A stretch of DNA of 64,000 nucleotides from an uncultured Gammaproteobacteria bacterium (GTDB taxonomy: Bacteria > Patescibacteriota > Microgenomatia > Levybacterales > UBA12049): NCBI GenBank assembly GCA_964523705.1, contig CAZFYA010000001.1, positions 3,388-67,387 of the forward strand, read 5' to 3'. Positions 40,861 through 47,547 of this stretch are shown here, piece by piece (position 1 is the first letter of the stretch; every line of letters starts with the position of its first letter). Under the pieces are notes generated by a model. The model saw only the letters and a list, made by a program, of their open reading frames with translations. It was not told where the DNA came from and did no database searches. Position numbers and translations under genes: made by a program.

Positions 40861-43222
40861 AAATTTTTTTAAAAGACAAAAGATAAATTAGAAAAAGTAT
40901 TAGCGCAACAAGTGATACTTTAATTCCAACGTCAAATGAGTAAGGATAATAATTCATTACCAGTTTATGTTCTCCTTTTAGAATAGGTACTGCTCTAAAG
41001 CTATAATTTGCCTTATATATTTTTACTTCTTTCCCATCAATAAAAGCTCTCCATCCTGGAAAATAGTTATCAGAAATAAAAAATAAGGCATTTTCATCTG
41101 TTGTTATTTCAAATTCAACCCTATTTGGCTCATATACTAAAAGTTTTATATTGCTATCAGTTATTTCTCCAAGTTTAATGTTTGGTTTTTCTTCTAAAAT
41201 TAAGGTTTTTCTTAAATCAATATTCTCATCATAAATTTTTGCTATTCTTTTTTCTTTTTCTTTTACAACTTTAAAGTCGCTTGCAAGATAAAATCTATCA
41301 AACACATTTTTATTCTCGTAAATCTGCCAAGGTTTTTTTTGCCAAACTAGCTCATATGACTTTTGAGGAAACGTAATGTAATCAGGTTCTATTTTTTCTG
41401 TTAATAAATCGTTTTTATGTAAAACATACTTTATTCCAAGTAAATTAATAAGTCTTTGCCGATAATTATTTGTTTTTAAATCCGTATCACCGTAACCTGG
41501 TGCAATGTTTGCATCAGGCCTTGGCAAAACTTCTGGTAATTCTCCATATTTTGATGCTGCCAGTAATTCTCCGTAGGATGAGATATGCAAGGGATCGTTT
41601 CCTTCAGGAGAAAAGGTCTTATCAACGCTTTGAAAGTTGGGTGGGATATAACCTGAACCATATCCCCAAAATCTACTTATATTTGCATTTTCCTTTAAGA
41701 AGCTTACAACTTCTGTTTTAGGATAAGTAAAGCTGCTTGGTGAAAAAGGAGTTATTTTATTAAAGAAATAAAAGAAATCAAAAACAAGAATAATAGTTAT
41801 TAAAACTAAACTTACTTTTTTTAATCTATTTTTAAGATAAAAAATGACAACAGTTGCAAAAACTAAAGCTGTTGGCAAAATCATGTTTCTTATTGCAACT
41901 TTAAAATTAATATCTGTTAAGAAACCAAGTTTATAAATTATAAAAACAATTGGAAAAATTAAAATTAAAAGAAGAAAAAAGAAAATTGGATATTTTGTTT
42001 TATTTTTATTCTCCATCCAGTAATTTATTCCCATTGCTCCTAGAACTATTACTGAAAAAATAAAAATACTAAGCTCCCTGGTTGGAATTGTTGTTGAGAT
42101 AACCGGAATAGGAAGTAAATAAAAATATTTAACAAGCGGAATATTTGTTGCAATTATTAAAGATACTGCTGCCAGAATAGCAAAAAACTTTTTATTAATA
42201 TCCTTTACTTTAAAAATGGCAAAAATTGCAAAAAATAAGATAATTACTCCCGGATACATTACTCTTTCAATATATGTCCCATCAAGATAGTAGTTTCTGC
42301 TTGCCGGATTTCCAAAAAAATCAGGAAAAACTACAGTTATCCAGTAATAAATTGGGGCTAGACTTTTTGAGAATTGAGCTAATGAGTAAGAACCCCTGGT
42401 TGAGTTTCTAAATATTTCAAGTGTTGGAAGTAGCTGAAATAAAGATAAAATTATTGGAAAAATTAAAGCACTTAAAAAAACAATGCCTTTTTTAATTTTA
42501 TTTTTAATCTTTTTTGAAAACAATAAAAAGAGAAAATATAAAACACAAACTGTATAAACATAGAAAAATCCCTGAATATAACCTGCCAGAAAACTTAAAG
42601 TAAAAACAATTACTAATAATAGAAAATCCTTAAGGCTTATTTTTTCAACTATTCTTTTTATTAAAAGCAAAGCTAAAGGAAGATAGGAAATAGTTGATGC
42701 GATATTTCCATACTGAATCCAAACCACCATATACGATGAAAAAGCAAAAGCTATCCCGCCTAAAACAGAAGCAAGTTTTTTAAGTCCTATTCCTCTATTT
42801 AGAAGCAGGAACATAAATACTGCTGCCAAAAGAGGCTGAAGCATTATAAAAATAGCAAAGGAGATATTAAACGGAAAAACAAAAAAGATTAAATTAAGAG
42901 GGTAAAATACAGCTGTTTGAAAATTAGCCATTTGCACATTTCCTGAAAAGTTATAAGGATTCCAAAAAGGAATATTACCATTTTTTAATTCTTCAATTGA
43001 AAAATATTTCCAAGGATAAATTTCTGTGATAACATCTGCTCCTTGAGCTTTATTAGGATAGCTTCCCGGTAAATATCCTAAAAAAGATTCAGAAGAATAA
43101 GGATTTGTATTTATTAATAAGTCTCCTGGAAATGGAATATATCCTTTAAAAATAGGGTTGAAAAAAAATAAAACAATAAAAAGAATTAATAAAAACGGAT
43201 AAAATTTTTTAAAAAATTTCAT
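40850..43222 (-). CDS. YfhO-family GT-C membrane glycosyltransferase (family D)
   Basis: 790 aa. EIYPWKYFSIEELKNGNIPFWNPYNFSGNVQMANFQTAVFYPLN; C-terminal YFPGWRAFIDGKEVKIY...FRAVPILKGEHKLVM. Confidence 0.7.
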   Translation of the reverse strand: MKFFKKFYPFLLILFIVLFFFNPIFKGYIPFPGDLLINTNPYSSESFLGYLPGSYPNKAQGADVITEIYPWKYFSIEELKNGNIPFWNPYNFSGNVQMANFQTAVFYPLNLIFFVFPFNISFAIFIMLQPLLAAVFMFLLLNRGIGLKKLASVLGGIAFAFSSYMVVWIQYGNIASTISYLPLALLLIKRIVEKISLKDFLLLVIVFTLSFLAGYIQGFFYVYTVCVLYFLFLLFSKKIKNKIKKGIVFLSALIFPIILSLFQLLPTLEIFRNSTRGSYSLAQFSKSLAPIYYWITVVFPDFFGNPASRNYYLDGTYIERVMYPGVIILFFAIFAIFKVKDINKKFFAILAAVSLIIATNIPLVKYFYLLPIPVISTTIPTRELSIFIFSVIVLGAMGINYWMENKNKTKYPIFFFLLLILIFPIVFIIYKLGFLTDINFKVAIRNMILPTALVFATVVIFYLKNRLKKVSLVLITIILVFDFFYFFNKITPFSPSSFTYPKTEVVSFLKENANISRFWGYGSGYIPPNFQSVDKTFSPEGNDPLHISSYGELLAASKYGELPEVLPRPDANIAPGYGDTDLKTNNYRQRLINLLGIKYVLHKNDLLTEKIEPDYITFPQKSYELVWQKKPWQIYENKNVFDRFYLASDFKVVKEKEKRIAKIYDENIDLRKTLILEEKPNIKLGEITDSNIKLLVYEPNRVEFEITTDENALFFISDNYFPGWRAFIDGKEVKIYKANYSFRAVPILKGEHKLVMNYYPYSFDVGIKVSLVALILFLIYLLSFKKIYEK

Positions 43223-44754
43223 TAATCTTTGGGCGGAATAACTTTATAAACTCTATATAAATAATCACTGTTCCCCATTTTTACTTGAAAAACCAGCTCA
43301 AGTGGATAATCTTTGGAAATTACCTGATTGTTTGGCTGATAAAAAACAAAAAAAGTTGGCATTTTTTCCGAGTATTCAATTACTTCTTTGGGAAGCTGGT
43401 GTTCAACAGGCCAATACCCTTTAATTGTTATATTTTTGTTATCTATTAAATAAAGCTCCAAAGATAAAGGCATTAATCCAAAAGTTCCCTCGGTTGCTAT
43501 AAAAATCTTTTTGTCTTCCCCCTCTTTTTTAAAGAATTCAATACTTTCCTTAACTCCCCATCCGGCTGACCAGCTATTAATATATTGCCTGCTGTCACTT
43601 TTAGCTATTGGGGCATTAACAGGGTCTTTGGCAATTGAAAAAGAGACAAAAGCGGGATAAGAAATAAAAATAACTGCTACTATTACATAAACTAAGGCTA
43701 CTTTCTTTTTTATCTTTAATTTTTTATTTACAAACTGAATCACTTCATTTAAAGACCAGGCAGCAAGAGGAAGCAAGAATACGCTCATGAAAAAGATAAA
43801 TCTTGGAAAGATTACCTTTCCAAAAAGAGCAAGGGCTAAAAACGGTAATAAAAAGTAAATTATTAAAAGTATTTTTTCTTTTGTAAATTTATAAATAAAA
43901 ATTAAAGAAAGAATAATTAGCAAGATATAAGGAATTGTTAAATAACTAAGTAGCCAATCAAAAAGACCATATAAGTTGCCGATGAAAAAAGTAAAAGGAT
44001 GATTTATCCACTCGGAAAACGGATAAACAAAAGTTGCATTTTTGGTTTGAATCATTTGAAAAAGAGGAGAAAGACGAAGCATGTTATAAATAACCTGAGC
44101 AATAATTACAGAAAGCAAAGCAAAGAAAACCCACTTAAAAAATCTTTTTAAGAAATCTTTTTTTGAAAAGTTAAAAAGAAGAATGGTAAACGGTAAAAGA
44201 TAAAGACTGAAAAAATTACTGCTTTTAGTCAATGCTCCAAGTCCGGCAGTAATTCCCAAGGTATACATCACGCTTAATTTTGTTTTTCTTACTAAAAGAA
44301 TAGAAAAATATAAAGCAAGAATAGAAAATGTAGCAACCATGCTATCCATTAAGGCCATTCGATCATTTATTTGGGCAAACGGATAAAAAACATAAAGAAA
44401 TGAAGTTAAATAAGCAATTTTTCTGTTTTTAAACAACTCAAGCGATAAAAAGAAAAGCCCAATTAGTGTTAAAAATCCAGTTAATACAGAAACCAGTCTT
44501 GCTGCAATTAAAGGATCTTTAATAAATTTCATAAAAACCATTGCTACCCAAACAAAAAGAGGCTGTTTACCATCAGTTAATGAAATAAAACGCCAATTTG
44601 CATCATTTAAGGCAATTTGTGCCCACCTGGTATAAATTGCTTCATCTGTAAAAATAGGCATTGAGGAAAAATAGATTAAGCGAAGGAAAAAATAGGAAGC
44701 CACTAATAATAAAATTGTTATGATTTCCAAAAGGTTTTTTTTAATAAAGGGCAT
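43222..44754 (-). CDS. PMT/ArnT-family GT-C glycosyltransferase (family A, ArnT-like)
   Basis: 510 aa. SSMPIFTDEAIYTRWAQIAL DE-motif loop followed by many TM helices. Confidence 0.6.
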   Translation of the reverse strand: MPFIKKNLLEIITILLLVASYFFLRLIYFSSMPIFTDEAIYTRWAQIALNDANWRFISLTDGKQPLFVWVAMVFMKFIKDPLIAARLVSVLTGFLTLIGLFFLSLELFKNRKIAYLTSFLYVFYPFAQINDRMALMDSMVATFSILALYFSILLVRKTKLSVMYTLGITAGLGALTKSSNFFSLYLLPFTILLFNFSKKDFLKRFFKWVFFALLSVIIAQVIYNMLRLSPLFQMIQTKNATFVYPFSEWINHPFTFFIGNLYGLFDWLLSYLTIPYILLIILSLIFIYKFTKEKILLIIYFLLPFLALALFGKVIFPRFIFFMSVFLLPLAAWSLNEVIQFVNKKLKIKKKVALVYVIVAVIFISYPAFVSFSIAKDPVNAPIAKSDSRQYINSWSAGWGVKESIEFFKKEGEDKKIFIATEGTFGLMPLSLELYLIDNKNITIKGYWPVEHQLPKEVIEYSEKMPTFFVFYQPNNQVISKDYPLELVFQVKMGNSDYLYRVYKVIPPKD

Positions 44755-44799
44755 ATGGCTAAATTATACAAGAACAAAAGAATTGTTGGCAAATAGATT

Positions 44800-45972
44800 T
44801 TATTTACTAAATCTTTTAAATGGAAAAATAAAGGAGAACAAAAGAAAAACTAAAGGAGTAATAATAGTTACGTAAAGTTTTATTGGAATAACTATTCCGC
44901 TCCAGTCCCCTTGATATAAAAATGGAGCATATCTTAGCAAAAGCCCCAATGTTAAACCAAGAATAAAAAATAATAAATGCCTCTTTAGTTTTATTAACGC
45001 TAAAAAGGGCATAACCCATAAAAAATACCAAGGCTGTACTTCAATTTTGGTTAATACAAAAACAAAACCCAGAATTGAAAATAAGACGCAAAGTTTTAAA
45101 AAGGTATCACTGCTGATTTTTATTTTCTTAACATAATTTGCTAAGAAATATAAAAGTATCGGAATAGCTAAAACTATCATTACTTCTTTTGTAAGATAAG
45201 AAAAAACAATAAATAAAATACTTAAAATCCACCTCTTTTTTAAGGCATAAAAAACGGAACACAGGGCAAAAAACATCATTGCGATGTCATTATGTCCTGA
45301 TACCAAACATTCAATTAAAATCAAGGGGTTAAGTGCAAAAAAAGCTAAATTAAAATTTAAATTCTTACTGTCAATTGTTTGTAAAATCTTTTTAATAACA
45401 AAACAGGAACCAAGGTACAAAACAGCTGCTAAGGCTTTAAAAAGAATAAGAGTTGGTAAGAAAAAATTTAAACCGATAAACGATAAAGGAATAGTTAATA
45501 CTAACCAAATTGGGCCATACGGATAAACTCTATGCGTCCAATGCATAAATGAAAGCATCGGATCACCTGGAAAATCTAAAGGCTTAAAAAGATAGGGGTT
45601 TTGACCGTAATGGGTAAAAATCTTGGCATCAAAAACATAATTAAATAAATCGTAAGAAAACGCATTGTATGACAAAAGTAAAATTCCAGCTGATAAAAAA
45701 ATAAGCTTTGTAATTTGTTTTAAGCTAATTTTATTTTTATGCGTTTTATACAAAGTATAAAAATATAATCCAAATAATAAAACTAATATTGCTAAAAATA
45801 AATAAGTTGATAAAGGCCGATTAAAATAACCAACGTACTGAAAGCTCTTTTGAATTCCCTGCCAGATAGATACTTTTGATAAGGTTAAGCTTAAATCAAC
45901 TTGGGTAAAAGAATATAAAAAAAGACTAAAAAGTATTACCGCGTATCCTATAAATAATCCTTTAAATTTCAT
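44800..45972 (-). CDS. Polytopic membrane protein, possible GT-C (DUF2029/GT87-like) or polymerase-like
   Basis: 390 aa, about 10-12 TM; conserved-looking MHWTHRVYPYGPIWL loop; family assignment uncertain. Confidence 0.35.
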   Translation of the reverse strand: MKFKGLFIGYAVILFSLFLYSFTQVDLSLTLSKVSIWQGIQKSFQYVGYFNRPLSTYLFLAILVLLFGLYFYTLYKTHKNKISLKQITKLIFLSAGILLLSYNAFSYDLFNYVFDAKIFTHYGQNPYLFKPLDFPGDPMLSFMHWTHRVYPYGPIWLVLTIPLSFIGLNFFLPTLILFKALAAVLYLGSCFVIKKILQTIDSKNLNFNLAFFALNPLILIECLVSGHNDIAMMFFALCSVFYALKKRWILSILFIVFSYLTKEVMIVLAIPILLYFLANYVKKIKISSDTFLKLCVLFSILGFVFVLTKIEVQPWYFLWVMPFLALIKLKRHLLFFILGLTLGLLLRYAPFLYQGDWSGIVIPIKLYVTIITPLVFLLFSFIFPFKRFSK

Positions 45973-45982
45973 TATTGAGGTT

Positions 45983-46738
45983 TTAATTATATTTTCCTTT
46001 AATAATATTATTTCTTATCTTTATTAAATCCAAAAAACCATTTATTGAATCATTAACAGGACTTACTCTTCTTGTTTCAACATAAAGCCACTTAACAGGA
46101 ACTTCCTTAATCTTGTAATTTCTTTTTTGGGCAAGATACAAAAGCTCCACGTCAAAACCGGCTGTTACAGATGAGCCTGAAATATGCTTAAAACCATTGT
46201 GAATTTTTTTAATTTTCTCAAAAAGATCCTCGGTTGCTTTTTTGTTAAATATTTTAAAACCGCATTGAGTATCACTAATTCCTATAACGCCAACTATTAC
46301 TGTTCTAAGTAAAATCATTCCTTTTGCCATTACTGCTCTTGTAAAAGGAGCTCCTTTTCGCTGAGAATTTCTGCTGCCGATAACAATATCATAACCTTCT
46401 TTTAAAAAAGGTAAAAGTTTATCAACTTCTTCAATTGGAGTAGCCTGATCCATGTCAGTAAACAACCTATATTCTCCTTTTGCTTCAAGCATTCCGGTTG
46501 TTACAGCTCCTGCTTTTCCCATGTGTGAATTTTTAATTAACCTGAATTTTTTGTTAGTTTTAACAAAATTTTCAATAAATTCAATACTTTCATCATCTGA
46601 TCCATCATCAACAATTACCACTTCATATTCAAATTTTTCCTTATTTAAAAAACTCTCTATTTTATCCAATACTCCTTTTTGAAGATTTGCCATTTCGTTA
46701 TAACATGGGATTACAACTGAGAGGTAAATTTTGCTCAT
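45983..46738 (-). CDS. GT2 polyprenyl-phosphate sugar synthase (Dpm1/GtrB-like), soluble type
   Basis: IYLSVVIPCYNEMANL...VVIVDDGSDDES...GKAGAVTTGMLEAKGEYRLFTDMDQATP...DTQCGFKIF; first gene of the minus-strand cluster. Confidence 0.75.
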   Translation of the reverse strand: MSKIYLSVVIPCYNEMANLQKGVLDKIESFLNKEKFEYEVVIVDDGSDDESIEFIENFVKTNKKFRLIKNSHMGKAGAVTTGMLEAKGEYRLFTDMDQATPIEEVDKLLPFLKEGYDIVIGSRNSQRKGAPFTRAVMAKGMILLRTVIVGVIGISDTQCGFKIFNKKATEDLFEKIKKIHNGFKHISGSSVTAGFDVELLYLAQKRNYKIKEVPVKWLYVETRRVSPVNDSINGFLDLIKIRNNIIKGKYN

Positions 46739-46788
46739 AAGAGGATTATACTAGAAAAATATAAACAATTAAAGTAAAATAAGGCTAC

Positions 46789-46862
46789 GCCGCCATCGTC
46801 TAGTGGCCCAGGACGTCACGTTCTCAACGTGAAGATCGCGGGTTCGATTCCCGCTGGCGGTA
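46789..46862 (+). tRNA. tRNA-Glu (anticodon CUC)
   Basis: Cloverleaf by hand: acceptor GCCGCCA/TGGCGGT (G1-U72 wobble), D-arm GTCT-AGTGGCCCA-GGAC (Glu-type), anticodon stem TCACG/CGTGA with loop TTCTCAA, T-arm GCGGG-TTCGATT-CCCGC, discriminator A; no encoded CCA. Confidence 0.8.
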
Positions 46863-46864
46863 CT
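46835..46864 (+). repeat. 30-nt tRNA-Glu 3' end, left copy of direct repeat (att-like)
   Basis: ATCGCGGGTTCGATTCCCGCTGGCGGTACT recurs exactly at 47518..47547. Confidence 0.85.
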
Positions 46865-46895
46865 ATACAACAAAATAACATGAAAATAATTACTC

Positions 46896-47444
46896 TTAAT
46901 CTGATGAGTGGTGTTCTGTTATCTCCCTGCCTGTAACTATCTTCTGTTCTCTAGCAAATGGTGGTATCTCAAAAGCGCTCGGAGGATAGAGAGAATGAGT
47001 TGTACCACCTTGACTTCTCATTTCTTGTTCACGTTCTTCTTCTAGCTTTCTTAATACAGTATGAATAGTGCTATCAATTATTTTAAAAACATTATCTATG
47101 GTTAAATCCTCTCCTCCTTGCATGGATCTAATTTTATTAAACCGAGCCGTAACTGATGATTCACTTGTTAGATAGCTACCGTATATCTCTTCAAGCTTAT
47201 CTCTTCTTTCTGGTTCTCCTTTTAAACGATGATCTATATACCAGTATTCTCTACTGAGCGCATCAAGTCCTTTATACAATGCACTTTGAAACACTTCATA
47301 TTGCAACCCAACAAGCTCTATTTGAGCTCTAGATCCTTGTGTATCTATTTTTCTAAGCGTTTTATGAAACGTATCTCTATTAAATATACACACTAAACCA
47401 GAAACTGCTTGCTCCATCGGATAGTAACTTGGTCTTTCTACCAT
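46896..47444 (-). CDS. Hypothetical protein (182 aa) on a GC-richer islet between the tRNA-derived direct repeats
   Basis: Codon usage visibly less AT-rich than its neighbours; own TTGACA-N17-TATATG promoter; no recognisable domain. Confidence 0.45.
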   Translation of the reverse strand: MVERPSYYPMEQAVSGLVCIFNRDTFHKTLRKIDTQGSRAQIELVGLQYEVFQSALYKGLDALSREYWYIDHRLKGEPERRDKLEEIYGSYLTSESSVTARFNKIRSMQGGEDLTIDNVFKIIDSTIHTVLRKLEEEREQEMRSQGGTTHSLYPPSAFEIPPFAREQKIVTGREITEHHSSD

Positions 47445-47517
47445 ACTATAATTTTCAATCTACATATATCAAATTGCTATTTTTTTGTCAATATTTGTTT
47501 TATTTACAAATATAAAA

Positions 47518-47547
47518 ATCGCGGGTTCGATTCCCGCTGGCGGTACT
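47518..47547 (+). repeat. Right copy of the 30-nt tRNA-Glu 3'-end direct repeat
   Basis: Exact 30/30 match to 46835..46864; ends at the lon stop codon. Confidence 0.85.

Noticed and set aside
41470-41721. Overlapping 83-aa and 61-aa ORFs inside the YfhO gene 40850-43222
   Set aside because: Nested and antisense; no support.
186-46864. Possibility that the whole glycan cluster is a tRNA-integrated genomic island
   Set aside because: The cluster lies 5' of tRNA-Glu, whereas integration targets the 3' end. The direct repeat delimits only 653 bp. Base composition of the cluster matches the housekeeping region.
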